A stretch of 64,000 bases of DNA from an uncultured Chloroflexia bacterium (GCA_963810095.1 CAWEMM010000006.1:1728001-1792000); one strand, 5' to 3'; positions 1-10,620 are shown, numbered from the stretch's first letter. Notes: generated from the letters alone by a model not told the origin. Program-made: numbers and translations.

Positions 1-771
1 AACAAGTTCGAGGTCTGGCATGCCTTGCACAACCTCGGGGAGTGCACGCAGGCGGCCCTGGGCGACAACCGGAAGGCCGAGCCCTATCTGCGGCGCGCGT
101 TGGAGCTTGCCCTCGAAAACGGATTCTCGTCGGGGGGAGTGGAGCAGGTCTGCCTGGCCGAGTGCGAGGCCGAACGGGGAAACATCAGGGAGGCGATGGC
201 TTTCCTGCGCGAGGCGTTCGCTTGGGGCCGCGCGGCCTACGACGATGCCGTTGCCTTCATTTGGGGGGATGCCCGGCTGGCGCACGTTAGGATTGCGCAG
301 CGGCGGTTTCGGGAGGCTGCCGTGCTGCTCGGCGCCAGCTTCAGGCTGGAAGATGCGCTTCCAGGCGGCCTCGACGAGATTATCCACAGCCTGCGGGACA
401 GATATGTGGGCCTGGCACGCGCCAGGATGAGCCCCGGGGCCTTCGAGGCTGCATTTGCCGAGGGCCGGCACATGACGGTCGACGAGGCCGTAAGAATTGG
501 GGTTGCAACCCTTGAAGAGGAGCCGACCGAACCGGCTCCCCAAACGCCAGCGCAGGCGGCGAAGCAGCAGTACGACGGAGTGACGGCGCGCGAGCGGGAG
601 GTTGCGGCGTACGTGGGCCGCGGGCTGACGAACGCGGAAATCGCGGCGACGTTGAGCGTGAGCGAGCGGACGGTCGAAGTCCACGTCAGCAATATCCTGT
701 CGAAGCTGGACTGCACATCGCGCACCCAGGTTGCCGCATGGGCCATACGCAAAGGGTTGACAAATACGTAG
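1..771 (+). CDS. LuxR-family transcriptional regulator (TPR-like region plus C-terminal HTH), 5'-truncated by window
   Basis: Frame open from position 1. The C-terminal VTAREREVAAYVGRGLTNAEIAATLSVSERTVEVHVSNILSKL is a LuxR/GerE HTH, preceded by helical TPR-like repeats. Confidence 0.9.
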   Translation, partial: NKFEVWHALHNLGECTQAALGDNRKAEPYLRRALELALENGFSSGGVEQVCLAECEAERGNIREAMAFLREAFAWGRAAYDDAVAFIWGDARLAHVRIAQRRFREAAVLLGASFRLEDALPGGLDEIIHSLRDRYVGLARARMSPGAFEAAFAEGRHMTVDEAVRIGVATLEEEPTEPAPQTPAQAAKQQYDGVTAREREVAAYVGRGLTNAEIAATLSVSERTVEVHVSNILSKLDCTSRTQVAAWAIRKGLTNT

Positions 772-802
772 CCGAACAAAAAAACTAAGTGCTCCGCTGG
801 AG

Positions 803-842
803 AAAAGGCACGTGCTGGCACAGATGGCAGCACGTGCCTTTT
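803..842. terminator. Hairpin, probable bidirectional terminator
   Basis: AAAAGGCACGTGCTG...CAGCACGTGCCTTTT inverted repeat after the LuxR stop codon. Confidence 0.6.
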
Positions 843-900
843 CCATTAAGCTGGCGGCAAGATGGTGCTTGAATGCGTGACCAAATGAAAGGAGAGTCCG

Positions 901-1221
901 ATGAACGCACGATCTCAGGCCAGCATGGCCCTATTGACGGCGGTGCTCCTGGTCCTCGCCGTGGGATGGACCGGGGCGACTGCAGCACCTGCGGGTGCAG
1001 CAGGTGCTGCGGGGGCGTTTCCCGGGCGGCAGGGCCAGTTGATGGCGGCGGAGTGTCAGTTGGAGCGGGCGCCGATGCGCTGCGAAAGGAGCTCAACCCA
1101 GTGGCATTGCAGCTGTGGCGCGGCGACCCTGGCCGCGCACACCGAGGTTCTGTCTCTTGTCTTGCCGGGTGAGGAGACCACGTGGCAGCCCAGGCAGCGG
1201 CATGGCCTGGCAGCTAAGTGA
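901..1221 (+). CDS. Small secreted hypothetical protein (signal peptide, 4 Cys)
   Basis: RBS AAAGGAGAG upstream, hydrophobic N-terminal segment with Ala-rich cleavage region, downstream hairpin at about 1277-1311. Confidence 0.5.
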   Translation: MNARSQASMALLTAVLLVLAVGWTGATAAPAGAAGAAGAFPGRQGQLMAAECQLERAPMRCERSSTQWHCSCGAATLAAHTEVLSLVLPGEETTWQPRQRHGLAAK

Positions 1222-1515
1222 TCGGGCCGGGGATCTGCCGTCAGTGGGGGCACTCGCCGGGAACCAGGGAAACAAAAGGGCCGGGAGCCTTTGCAGGGCT
1301 CCCGGCCCCTTGCATTCCAACCCCGGCCCCTTGCTGCAGCAACGTGGCGGAAGTGGGGCCAGCAGGCGGCCCGCAGCCAGCGCAGGCGAAGGGGCTAGGC
1401 GGAGGACGCTGCTGAAGCGACCGCGACCGACCTGATCGAAAGTGACGGGTGCGTGACGTTTCGGTGAGGGTTGTGGGCGAGGGGAGGGCCGGCCAACACC
1501 ACGCCGGAAAAAGCA

Positions 1516-1543
1516 ACGGCCGGGGCCACGTGGCCCCGGCCGT
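1516..1543 (-). terminator. Rho-independent terminator of hppA
   Basis: Perfect palindrome ACGGCCGGGGCCACGTGGCCCCGGCCGT followed on the minus strand by a T tract. Confidence 0.75.
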
Positions 1544-1564
1544 CTGTAGTCTTTGGGGTTTGCC

Positions 1565-3844
1565 TTAGGCGTCCAGACCGTACTGCGCCGGCCGCTTGCT
1601 GAGGCTGATCGCCCAGATGACGACCGCCAGCAGCACTACCATCACGATCACAGTCCCGAGGTCGAGCGTGTTCGAGGCCACGACGATCGGGGCGATGATC
1701 AGGGAGATCAGGTTGATGACCTTGATCAGCGGGTTGAGCGCGGGGCCGGCGGTGTCCTTCAGCGGGTCGCCGACGGTGTCGCCCACGATGCTGGCCTTGT
1801 GCGCTTCAGAGCCCTTGCCGCCGTAATGCCCCTCTTCGACGAGCTTCTTCGCGTTGTCCCACGCGCCGCCGGTGTTGGACATGAAGACCGCGAGCAGCTG
1901 GCCCGACAGGATGACGCCGGCCAGGAAGCCGCCCAGCGCTTCAGCCTTCAGGGTGAAGCCGACGATGATCGGAATCAACACGACGATGATGCCGACGGGC
2001 ATCAGCTCGCGCTGGGCTGCTACCGTCGAGATGCCGACGGCCTTGCGGTAGTCGGGCAAGACGGTGCCTTCACGGACGCCCGGCACGTCGAACTCCTTGC
2101 GGACCACGGCCACCATGCCGTTGGCGGCACGGGAGACGGCCTTGACGAGCAGGGCGCCGAACAGGATCGGAATACCGCCGCCGATCAGGAAGCCAACGAA
2201 TACCCGGGGATTGGCGATGTTGATGACGGTGATCAGGGCGTCTTCGGTGATCTTGCCCGCATCAAGCAGCGCCCGTTGGACGACGCCGATGTCGGTCATA
2301 AAGGAGCCGAACAGGGCCACGGCCGCAATGACCGCAGAGCCGATGGCGACGCCCTTGGTAATGGCTTTGGTCGTGTTGCCCACCGCATCCAGGTCGGTCA
2401 TGATCTTGCGCGCGCTCTCGGGCATCTTCGCCATTTCGCCGATGCCGTTGGCGTTGTCTGAGATCGGGCCGAAGGAGTCCATGGAGACGAGGTTGCCCGC
2501 GTGGGTCAGCCAGCCGATGCCGATGAGGGCCACACCGTAGATGACATACTGCGCGCCCAGGTGACCGTAAATGAGCACGGAGGTCATGATGGCCGCCGCG
2601 ATCGTCATCACCGACCAGGTGCTGGACTCATAGCCCTCGGCCAAGCCGCTGAGGATCGTGGTCGCCGGGCCAAACCGGGTGCTCTTGGCGATTTCCTGCA
2701 CGGGCGATTTGTCGGTCGCCGTGAAGTAAGCCGTGAGGCGGTTGACGATGACGTTGAATATGACGCCCATCGAAACCATGGCCGCCGGCTGCCACCAGTT
2801 CACCGACTCGGTGTTCTTAATGTAGACGAAGGCCAGGATGAAGGACAGCGTGATCGTGATGACCGAGGAGACTTCGTAAGCGATTTCCATGGCGTGCCAG
2901 GCGTTGCCCTTGGCCACTGTCCGCTCCCACACCGGCACCGAGAACGTGCCGACGATCGAGCTGATGACGCCGATGGCGCGCACGAGGAGCGGGAAGACGA
3001 TCCAGTAAACCTGGCCGGTGAGGGACATCAGCGCCAGGCCGAGGATCAGGGCCGAGACGATGGTGACCTCGTAGGACTCGAAGATGTCGGCGGCCATACC
3101 GGCGCAGTCGCCGACGTTGTCGCCCACCTGGTCGGCGATGACGGCCGCATTGCGGGGATCGTCTTCTTCCAGGTTCTCTTCGACCTTGCCCACGAGGTCG
3201 GCGCCGACGTCGGCAGCCTTGGTGTAGATGCCGCCGCCCACGCGCATGAAGAGTGCGACGAGGGTGCCGCCGAAGCCGAAGCCAAGCAGCGCATCGGGGG
3301 CCGCCGCGCCGAAAATGATGAAGATGGTGGTTCCGCCGAGAAGCCCGAGGCCGTCGGTCAGCATGCCCGTCACCGTACCCGAGCGGTACGCGATGCGGAG
3401 GGCGTCGCCGAAGTCATGCATGGAGGCGGCCGCCACACGGATGTTGCCTTGGACCGCCATGCGCATGCCCAACTGGCCGACCATCAGGGAGAAGGTTGCG
3501 CCCAGGATAAAGGCAATGGCGCGGCCGACGGCGATGGTGGTGCGTGCGTTTTGTTCGCCGAACATCGCGCGGGCCTCAGCCGTGGGTTGAGCGATCCAGA
3601 CGCTGGCGAACAAGGCGAAGACCAGAACCGCCATGAAGGGCACGATCGTTCGCAGCTGCTGACCCAGGTAAGCGTCGGCGCCTTCCTTCACAGGCGTCCA
3701 GACCTGGATCATCTTTTCGGTGCCCTTGCTCTCCGACATGACGTTTCGGTAGAGCAGGAAGGCATAAATGAGGCTGATGAATGCGACGACCAGGACGGCG
3801 TAGATGGCAGCCGTCTCGAAGGACGTCAGTGTTAGGTGGGACAT
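1565..3844 (-). CDS. hppA: Membrane-bound ion-translocating pyrophosphatase, K+-independent type
   Basis: Motifs GGGIYTKAADVGADLVGKVE, DDPRN and GDTVGDPLKDTAGP. GNTTKA carries the Lys of K+-independent enzymes. Confidence 0.95.
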   Translation of the reverse strand: MSHLTLTSFETAAIYAVLVVAFISLIYAFLLYRNVMSESKGTEKMIQVWTPVKEGADAYLGQQLRTIVPFMAVLVFALFASVWIAQPTAEARAMFGEQNARTTIAVGRAIAFILGATFSLMVGQLGMRMAVQGNIRVAAASMHDFGDALRIAYRSGTVTGMLTDGLGLLGGTTIFIIFGAAAPDALLGFGFGGTLVALFMRVGGGIYTKAADVGADLVGKVEENLEEDDPRNAAVIADQVGDNVGDCAGMAADIFESYEVTIVSALILGLALMSLTGQVYWIVFPLLVRAIGVISSIVGTFSVPVWERTVAKGNAWHAMEIAYEVSSVITITLSFILAFVYIKNTESVNWWQPAAMVSMGVIFNVIVNRLTAYFTATDKSPVQEIAKSTRFGPATTILSGLAEGYESSTWSVMTIAAAIMTSVLIYGHLGAQYVIYGVALIGIGWLTHAGNLVSMDSFGPISDNANGIGEMAKMPESARKIMTDLDAVGNTTKAITKGVAIGSAVIAAVALFGSFMTDIGVVQRALLDAGKITEDALITVINIANPRVFVGFLIGGGIPILFGALLVKAVSRAANGMVAVVRKEFDVPGVREGTVLPDYRKAVGISTVAAQRELMPVGIIVVLIPIIVGFTLKAEALGGFLAGVILSGQLLAVFMSNTGGAWDNAKKLVEEGHYGGKGSEAHKASIVGDTVGDPLKDTAGPALNPLIKVINLISLIIAPIVVASNTLDLGTVIVMVVLLAVVIWAISLSKRPAQYGLDA

Positions 3845-3964
3845 AAGACCTTCTCCAACCTCCTCGTACGGATAAGAAATCGTTCGCCCCTATGGCTAAG
3901 ACGCGGGCAGTGACCACACGGGCAGGGGGTGCAGGCGACTGCGCGTTCGGGACGCAACATTACA

Positions 3965-3993
3965 ATTCTACGCACTCGTTCAAACCTTGTCAA
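3965..3993 (-). promoter_or_regulatory. Sigma70-type promoter of hppA
   Basis: Minus strand TTGACA-17 bp-TAGAAT. Confidence 0.7.
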
Positions 3994-4044
3994 GAAGTGG
4001 ACGAGTTAGAACGTTTTATGTGAAAGACGTCACCTGATAATTGT

Positions 4045-4073
4045 TTGACATACACCTACCTTGGGCGGATAAT
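4045..4073 (+). promoter_or_regulatory. Sigma70-type promoter of the rnd operon
   Basis: TTGACA-17 bp-GATAAT; implies that the ORF-track TTG start at 4045 is not real. Confidence 0.6.
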
Positions 4074-4080
4074 AAACCGC

Positions 4081-5274
4081 ATGATGTTTGACGCTACTAA
4101 GGGAGGGCGACGCAGGGAAACACCCTCAGAGCCCCACGCTTCGTTTTCCCAGTTACCGTTGCCCGTGCTGGTCGACACACCCCGCGGTTTTGACGCCATG
4201 ATGGCCGTCCTATCGACGCAGCCGGCGCTCGCCCTCGACACCGAGTCCAACAGCCTCTACCGTTACCACTATCGCGTGTGCATGATCCAGATCAGCACCG
4301 CCGATACCGACTACCTGCTTGATCCCCTGCGCCTGCCCGACATTCAGCCTCTCGGCGAAGTACTTGCCGATCGCCAGATCCAGAAGGTGTTCCACGCGGC
4401 CGAAAATGACATCCTGATGCTTAAGCGGGACTTTGACTTCGGCTTTGCCAACATCTTCGACACGATGCTGGCTGCACGGATCCTGGGCTGGCGCCAGGTG
4501 AGCCTGGCCGCGCTGCTGCAACAGCACTTCGGGGTGGCGCTCGACAAGCACGCGCAACTGACGGATTGGGGCCAGCGGCCGCTCACTTCGGCCCAGCTCA
4601 GCTATGCGCGCCTGGACAGCCATTACCTGCTGGCGCTGCGCGATCTGCTCACCACGGCGCTGGGCGAGCGGAAGCGCTGGCGCGAGGCGCAGGAGGCGTT
4701 TGAGGCCCTGCCCGGCGTCACCTACGTCGAGAAGCCTTTTGACCCCGACGCGTTTTGGCGCATCAAGGGCGCCCGCGACCTGGAGCCGAGCGAGCTGGCC
4801 GTGCTGCGTGAGCTGTACCTCTGGCGCGACGACCAGGCCCGTCTCGTCGACCGGCCGCCCTTCAAAGTTATCGGCGACGAAACACTGATGCTCCTCAGCC
4901 GGATGCAGCCCGAGCACCCTTTCGAACTGCCGCTGAGCCCGCGCCAGATCGACCAGTTCGGGTTGGACGTGCTGAACGCGGTTGCCCGCGGCCGGCATGC
5001 GCCGCCGCCCACCCCGCCCGTTCGCCCACACAACGGCAATGGGCGACCCGATCCCCAAGTGCAGGCGCGGTTCGATCGCCTGCGGGCATGGCGCGCGCAG
5101 CGGGCGGCGCAGCGGGAGGTGGAGCCGGATATCGTCATGACGAACGAGGCGCTGATGGCGATCGCCAGGGCCGCGCCGCTTAGCCTTGATGCGCTCGCCA
5201 ATGTAGGTGTGATGGGCGCGTGGAAGCTGCAAGAGTACGGCGCCGATGTGCTCGGCGTCATTGCGCCGGGTTGA
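4081..5274 (+). CDS. rnd: Ribonuclease D family 3'-5' exonuclease with HRDC domains
   Basis: LALDTESNS, VFHAAENDI, FDTMLAA and DWGQRPL...YARLD DEDDy motifs, plus two HRDC-like segments. Start approximate. Confidence 0.88.
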   Translation: MMFDATKGGRRRETPSEPHASFSQLPLPVLVDTPRGFDAMMAVLSTQPALALDTESNSLYRYHYRVCMIQISTADTDYLLDPLRLPDIQPLGEVLADRQIQKVFHAAENDILMLKRDFDFGFANIFDTMLAARILGWRQVSLAALLQQHFGVALDKHAQLTDWGQRPLTSAQLSYARLDSHYLLALRDLLTTALGERKRWREAQEAFEALPGVTYVEKPFDPDAFWRIKGARDLEPSELAVLRELYLWRDDQARLVDRPPFKVIGDETLMLLSRMQPEHPFELPLSPRQIDQFGLDVLNAVARGRHAPPPTPPVRPHNGNGRPDPQVQARFDRLRAWRAQRAAQREVEPDIVMTNEALMAIARAAPLSLDALANVGVMGAWKLQEYGADVLGVIAPG

Positions 5275-5280
5275 GCCTGG

Positions 5281-5532
5281 ATGGCTAACGATTACAGCGA
5301 GGTGCGCATCGGCGACGAGGTCCGGATGCGCAAGCCGCACCCCTGTGGGAGCGACCAATGGCGCGTCGTCCGCTTGGGCGCGGACATCGGCATCGTGTGC
5401 GGCGGGTGTGGGCGCAAGGTGCTGCTGCCGCGGTCGCAGTATATGCGCCAGGTGAAGACGCTGTTGCGGCAGGGCCCGACGGCGCTTGACCCGGCTGCAC
5501 CCCAGGCCGGCTTAAGCACGCCCCATGACTGA
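5281..5532 (+). CDS. DUF951 (YyzM-like) protein
   Basis: [32 protein letters not shown] signature. Confidence 0.85.
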   Translation: MANDYSEVRIGDEVRMRKPHPCGSDQWRVVRLGADIGIVCGGCGRKVLLPRSQYMRQVKTLLRQGPTALDPAAPQAGLSTPHD

Positions 5533-6880
5533 CACCTCCTCCGCCGGTTTCCGGGCGGTTCTCACAAACCGTCACTTCCGCGCGTTGTGGTTCGCCCAAC
5601 TCCTGGCGCAGATCAGCCAGAATGCCATCAACTTCGTCCAGTTGGTGCTGGTCGAGCAGTTGACTGGCTCGGCCATGCAGCTTGGCATCACGATCCTCGC
5701 GTTCACCATCCCGGGCGTCCTCTTCAGCCCCATTGCCGGCGTGGTCGTCGATCGCATGTCGAAGAAGACGATCCTGGTCGGCTCGAACGCCATCAGGGTG
5801 TTCCTGGCCCTAGCCTACATCCCGGTGATTGCGAATTTGCAGGGGCCGGCGCGTCTGCTTGCGATCTACGTGATTACGTTCCTGATGGCCACGCTGGCGC
5901 AGTTTTTCGCGCCGGCTGAGGGCGCCTCGATCCCCTTGTTGGTGGGCGAAAGCCTCCTGCTGCCTGCTAACTCGCTGTTCACCCTGACCATCGCCGTCGC
6001 CCAGATCTTGGGACTGATGGTGCTCGGGCCGATCTCCATCAGCTTGCTTAAGGTTGAAGGTGGGTTCGTCGTGGCGGCCGTCTTGTACTTGATCGCGGCC
6101 ATCTCGGTCTCGACCTTGCCCAAGGACACGCCGCCCCGCCGAGCGGTCAGCGCACTCTCGCCGTGGCGGCTGTTGTGGGACGACATCCAGGAGAGCCTGC
6201 GTTTTATCGGGGGGCAGCGCCGCATCCAGGCGGCCATGATCCAGTTGGTGACAATTGCGACGCTGATCCTCGTCATGGCCGAGCTGGCGCCAGGCTATGC
6301 CGCCCGTGTCTTGGGCATGTCGGCTCAGAATGCGGTGTTGGTGTTTTTGCCTGCGGGCATCGGCATGGTGCTAGCGATCTGGTTCACCGGGCGGTTCGGT
6401 CACGTGCTCCGGCGGGTGGGCTTCGCGTTCTTCGGCTTGGGGCTGGCGGGCCTGACCTTCGCCGGCATGGGCTGGACCGCGATGGGCTATAACACGTTGA
6501 TGCGGCCGATTTTGCGGCTGTATCCCAATGCGGCCTTCAGCCTGACCACCGCGACGATGGCGCTCGGCTTTTTTCTGGGGTTGTTCCTGGCGGGCGTCAA
6601 CATCCTGGCGCAAACCCTGGTCCAGCAGGAGTCGCCCCCCTACATCCGTGGCCGGGTCTTGGCGATGCAGTTCACGCTCAGCAGCCTGGTCAGCATTCCG
6701 CCGATGCTGGCACTGGGGCGCCTGGCCGACACCATTGGCATTCCCCGTGCGATGGAGATCGTCGGCTGGTCCGCGGTCGGCATGGCGGTTTTGAGTTATG
6801 TGGTGTCGCGCCTGCCGCTGCGGAAGGCGCGCCCGGCGGGCAGCACCGATGTGCCCGTGGAGCAGGGAGATGAAGCATGA
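5525..6880 (+). CDS. MFS transporter
   Basis: About 12 TM segments, motif [11 protein letters not shown], and [12 protein letters not shown]. Confidence 0.88.
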   Translation: MTDTSSAGFRAVLTNRHFRALWFAQLLAQISQNAINFVQLVLVEQLTGSAMQLGITILAFTIPGVLFSPIAGVVVDRMSKKTILVGSNAIRVFLALAYIPVIANLQGPARLLAIYVITFLMATLAQFFAPAEGASIPLLVGESLLLPANSLFTLTIAVAQILGLMVLGPISISLLKVEGGFVVAAVLYLIAAISVSTLPKDTPPRRAVSALSPWRLLWDDIQESLRFIGGQRRIQAAMIQLVTIATLILVMAELAPGYAARVLGMSAQNAVLVFLPAGIGMVLAIWFTGRFGHVLRRVGFAFFGLGLAGLTFAGMGWTAMGYNTLMRPILRLYPNAAFSLTTATMALGFFLGLFLAGVNILAQTLVQQESPPYIRGRVLAMQFTLSSLVSIPPMLALGRLADTIGIPRAMEIVGWSAVGMAVLSYVVSRLPLRKARPAGSTDVPVEQGDEA

Positions 6881-7677
6881 CCCAATCTGAGACGGCGCCG
6901 GGCGCTGCTACGGGATCGCATGCGATCGGGCGGGACCTCCTGGTCGCATACCTGGACGAATACCTCCAGGTGGGCGAGGCGAAGGACTGGGGCGAAAACG
7001 GTCTGCAGGTCGAAGGTGCGGACGAGGTGCGCTCGCTCGCGTTCGCGGTGGACGCGTCGCACGCTGCGATCGCGGGAGCCGTGGCAGCGGGCGCCCGCAT
7101 GTTGATCGTGCACCACGGCCTGTTCTGGGGCAAGCCGCTGCGCATCGTGGGTGCGCACCGCCGGCGGGTGAAGACCCTGCTGGACGGGGGCTGCAGCCTG
7201 TACGGCGTCCATCTTCCGCTCGATCGCCATCCTGAAGTGGGCAATAACGCGGAGCTGGCGCGGCTGCTCGGACTGAAGGTTGCCGGCAACCTCGGCGAAG
7301 CGTTTGGCGCGCCGGTGGGTTTCGTGACCGAACCCGAGGCGCCCCTGCCCCTCGACCGGCTCGTCGAGCGGGTGCGAACGGCGGTGGGTGTGCCGCTGCT
7401 GGTGCAGGCGGGGGGCCCGTCGATCGTTCGCAAGGTCGGGATCATTTCGGGCGGGGCCGCGGGCGAGATCGCCGCGGCGGTCGCGGCGGGGTGCGACACC
7501 TATCTGACTGGGGAAACCAGCCATAGTTCGTACCACGATGCGGCCGAGCAGGGCATTAACGTCATCTACGCGGGGCACTATGCGACGGAGACGGTGGGCC
7601 TGAGGGCGCTGGCGCGCCACCTGGAGCGGCGCTTCGGGCTACCGTGGACATTTATTGAAGGGCCAACCGGGCTCTGA
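6877..7677 (+). CDS. Nif3-like dinuclear metal-center protein (YbgI family)
   Basis: NGLQVEG, LIVHHGLFW, HLPLD.HPEVGNN and GHYATE motifs. Confidence 0.92.
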   Translation: MTQSETAPGAATGSHAIGRDLLVAYLDEYLQVGEAKDWGENGLQVEGADEVRSLAFAVDASHAAIAGAVAAGARMLIVHHGLFWGKPLRIVGAHRRRVKTLLDGGCSLYGVHLPLDRHPEVGNNAELARLLGLKVAGNLGEAFGAPVGFVTEPEAPLPLDRLVERVRTAVGVPLLVQAGGPSIVRKVGIISGGAAGEIAAAVAAGCDTYLTGETSHSSYHDAAEQGINVIYAGHYATETVGLRALARHLERRFGLPWTFIEGPTGL

Positions 7678-7678
7678 T

Positions 7679-7708
7679 TTGACACTAACGGGCGCGCGTA
7701 GGTATAAT
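7679..7708 (+). promoter_or_regulatory. Sigma70 promoter of the rpmH operon
   Basis: TTGACA-18 bp-TATAAT, both hexamers consensus. Confidence 0.8.
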
Positions 7709-7801
7709 CCGTTAGGTTAAGCGGGTGAGACCTGCTATCTGTCTCGCCTGCTTTTTGTGTCTGTACACTATGCGTCTAAATCAGATCAGGAGTATTCGTT
7801 C

Positions 7802-7942
7802 ATGTCCACGAAACGAACTTATCAGCCGAAGAGCCGGCGCCGCCAGCGCGTGCACGGTTTCATGGCACGCATGAGCACACACGGCGGACGCCGCGTTATT
7901 GCCGCACGGCGGGCCCGCGGCCGCAAGCGCCTTGCAGTCTGA
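7802..7942 (+). CDS. rpmH: 50S ribosomal protein L34
   Basis: [44 protein letters not shown], with AGGAG RBS. Confidence 0.97.
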   Translation: MSTKRTYQPKSRRRQRVHGFMARMSTHGGRRVIAARRARGRKRLAV

Positions 7943-7981
7943 GCTGCCCTCGGTCGGGAAGCCAGAGACAGAAGTTGAGCT

Positions 7982-8320
7982 TTGGAGCGCCGGTTTCGAG
8001 TTAGCGACAGCGGAAGGTTCCGGCAGGTCAGGCAGGAGGGCGCCAGTCACGCGCATCCATTGATGGTCTTGAGTTATTTGCGTAATGACTCGGAGATCAG
8101 CCGCTGCGGATTTACGGTAAGCAAACGGATCGGCAAAGCGGTGACGCGCAACCGGGCGCGGCGGCGGATGCGAGAGGCAGTGCGAGGTTTGTGGGATTTG
8201 GTGCAGCCGGGTTGGGACCTCATTTGGGTGGCTCGGCCGGGCATCAACGAGGCGAATTTCCAAGAACTGCAAGACGCCTGTGCCCGCCTGCTACGGCGGG
8301 CACGCTTGCTAAATGAGTGA
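7982..8320 (+). CDS. rnpA: Ribonuclease P protein component
   Basis: GFTVSKRIGKAVTRNRARRRMRE (RNR motif), directly after rpmH. Confidence 0.95.
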   Translation: MERRFRVSDSGRFRQVRQEGASHAHPLMVLSYLRNDSEISRCGFTVSKRIGKAVTRNRARRRMREAVRGLWDLVQPGWDLIWVARPGINEANFQELQDACARLLRRARLLNE

Positions 8321-8348
8321 AGTGTGAGTTGCGGGCGGCGTGGACATC

Positions 8349-8558
8349 ATGAGACGCGTTCTGATGGTCCTGATCCGGGGCTACCAGCGGTTTATCTCGC
8401 CGGGCCTGCCGGCGTCGTGCCGCTTCTATCCCTCGTGTTCCGAGTATACTTATCAGGCAATCGAAAAGTACGGCGCATTGCGCGGGGGCTGGATGGGCAT
8501 CCGGCGGATTAGCCGCTGCCATCCGTTTCATCCCGGCGGCTACGACCCTGTACCCTAA
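8349..8558 (+). CDS. yidD: Membrane protein insertion efficiency factor
   Basis: YQRFISP...[10 protein letters not shown]...[14 protein letters not shown]. Confidence 0.95.
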   Translation: MRRVLMVLIRGYQRFISPGLPASCRFYPSCSEYTYQAIEKYGALRGGWMGIRRISRCHPFHPGGYDPVP

Positions 8559-8579
8559 GTTAGAGGAGCGTCACAGAGC

Positions 8580-9734
8580 GTGAACAAGAAGCACCGCACC
8601 TTACTGTTGGTGGCGGTACTGCTGCTGGCAGTCGTGATTTTGTCCGGCTGTTCCGTCCCGCAAGGCACCATCAATATCAACGCCGCTGTCAGCGAAGTCG
8701 GCTGGTGGAACGGCTTCATCGTGTATCCCCTCGCCAAGCTGCTGATGAAGCTCAACGAGTTCATCCGCGGTCTCGGGGTCGTGTACAGCTGGGGCTGGGC
8801 TATCATTGTCTTTACCATCCTGGTAAAGGTCGTCACGCTCCCGCTGACGTTCAAGCAACTGCAATCGACCAAGGCCCAGCAAGCGCTTCAGCCGAAGATG
8901 CGCGAACTGCAGGAGAAGTACGGCAAGGACAAGCAGAAGCTCGCCGAAGAGCAGATGAAGATGTACAAGGAGTACGGCGTCAGCCCGATGGGCGGCTGCC
9001 TGCCCCTGATCATCCAGCTGCCGATCCTATGGGGCTTGTACCAGGCGCTGTACGTCCTGGCGAACCCGACCGTGGGACAGCTGACGAATGCGGGCTTCTA
9101 CTGGATCCCCGACCTGGCGCTCCCCGCCCTGGCCTCTCCGGGCATCCAGACACCTACCCTCAACGGCGTCCCCATGGAAGGCACCAAGTGGATCGGGGCC
9201 GCGTTCCAGGCGCAGGAGTGGGGCATCCTCTTCGCATACATGAGCCTGCCGATCCTCATGCTGCTGACCCAGCTGCTCGTCCAGAAGATGTCGCAACCCT
9301 CCAAGGCTTCGGGTGCGTCACAGGACCCGCAGGCGCGCATGATGGGGCAGATGATGTTCTTCATGCCGATCATGTTTGCCTGGATCACCCTCGGCCTACC
9401 CTCGGGCTTGACCCTCTACTGGACGGTTTCAAACCTGCTGGCCCTGGTTCAGCAGTACTTCGTCACCGGATGGGGCGGCCTGGCTGACTGGTTCCCCTTC
9501 CTGCATGCCAAGCAGCCTGCTTGGTCGGGTGCCACTGCGGGTGGCGCTGCGACGACTGCTGCCAGCGCTAACACCCGCAGCAATGCGACGGCAGCGCGCA
9601 GCAATGGTACCAGCGTGCCGAGCGGCAAGACGGCAAGCGCCGGCGCGACCTCTGGCGGCGCTCCGGTTACGAGCGGGTCGGTTGAAGAAACGCCTGAGAA
9701 GCCAGTAAAGCGGAAGAACCGCCGCCGGCGTTAG
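8580..9734 (+). CDS. yidC: Membrane protein insertase YidC/SpoIIIJ (lipoprotein-type N-terminus)
   Basis: LSGC lipobox, LQPKMRELQEKY, GGCLPLIIQLPI and LPSGLTLYW; synteny. Confidence 0.93.
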   Translation: MNKKHRTLLLVAVLLLAVVILSGCSVPQGTININAAVSEVGWWNGFIVYPLAKLLMKLNEFIRGLGVVYSWGWAIIVFTILVKVVTLPLTFKQLQSTKAQQALQPKMRELQEKYGKDKQKLAEEQMKMYKEYGVSPMGGCLPLIIQLPILWGLYQALYVLANPTVGQLTNAGFYWIPDLALPALASPGIQTPTLNGVPMEGTKWIGAAFQAQEWGILFAYMSLPILMLLTQLLVQKMSQPSKASGASQDPQARMMGQMMFFMPIMFAWITLGLPSGLTLYWTVSNLLALVQQYFVTGWGGLADWFPFLHAKQPAWSGATAGGAATTAASANTRSNATAARSNGTSVPSGKTASAGATSGGAPVTSGSVEETPEKPVKRKNRRRR

Positions 9735-9783
9735 GCGTGATCACGTGTGGCGCGCGCACAGGTAGCGCTTAGGAAGTGAACGT

Positions 9784-10620
9784 ATGACAGGAGAAAAGAG
9801 CGGAGAGTTCCGCGGGAAGAGCGTCGAGGCGGCGGTGGCAGCCGGCTTGACCGCGCTGCGACTTGACCGCGAAGACGTGGAAGTTGAGATCGTGCGCCCG
9901 GGCAGTCGCGGCGTGCTGGGAATCGGGGCCGAGGATGCCGTCGTGCGCCTGACTTCGGTCAAGCGCGGATCCGCTGCGGAAGCCCGGCCGGCCCCGCGTG
10001 CCGAAGCCCCTGAGCCGCGACCGGTTCAGGCGCCCGCGCCGCGAACCGAACCCAAGCCCGCTGCTGCGCCGGCCCCGACGAGCAGTGCGGCGCCGGCCCC
10101 CGCGCCCGCGGCCAAGGCCGAGACCGGGACTCCCGAGGAACGCGGACAGGCTGCTGCCGAGAAGGGTCGCGAGCTCCTTCTGGGCATGTTGCAGCGCATG
10201 GACCTGGATGCGGATGTCGAGATTGTGCCGCAGAGCGACGCCGAAACCGACGAAGACGAACGGGCGCTCGTCCTCAACATTATCGGGGATGACCTGGGCG
10301 TGCTGATCGGGCGCCAAAACGAAACCCTTTCGGCGCTGGAGTTCGTCACCCGCCTGATGGTTAATCAGCAGGTGCGCACACGCACGAGCTTCGTGGTCGA
10401 CGTGAACGGGTACCGGGCCAAGCGTGCCGAATCGCTGCGCAAGCTGGCGCTGCGTATGGCCGACCAGGTCGCCGAGTCCGGCCGCACAGTCGCGCTCGAA
10501 CCGATGCCACCCGCCGAACGCCGCATCATTCACCTGGCGCTCCGCGATCACCCCGCGGTGAGCACGCAGAGCATCGGCGAGGGCGACCGCCGCAAGGTCA
10601 CGCTCGTAGCGAAGAAGTAG
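9784..10620 (+). CDS. jag: Jag/EloR (KhpB) RNA-binding protein
   Basis: Jag N-domain, KH domain (DLGVLIGRQNETL) and R3H domain (ERRIIHLAL). Confidence 0.93.
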   Translation: MTGEKSGEFRGKSVEAAVAAGLTALRLDREDVEVEIVRPGSRGVLGIGAEDAVVRLTSVKRGSAAEARPAPRAEAPEPRPVQAPAPRTEPKPAAAPAPTSSAAPAPAPAAKAETGTPEERGQAAAEKGRELLLGMLQRMDLDADVEIVPQSDAETDEDERALVLNIIGDDLGVLIGRQNETLSALEFVTRLMVNQQVRTRTSFVVDVNGYRAKRAESLRKLALRMADQVAESGRTVALEPMPPAERRIIHLALRDHPAVSTQSIGEGDRRKVTLVAKK

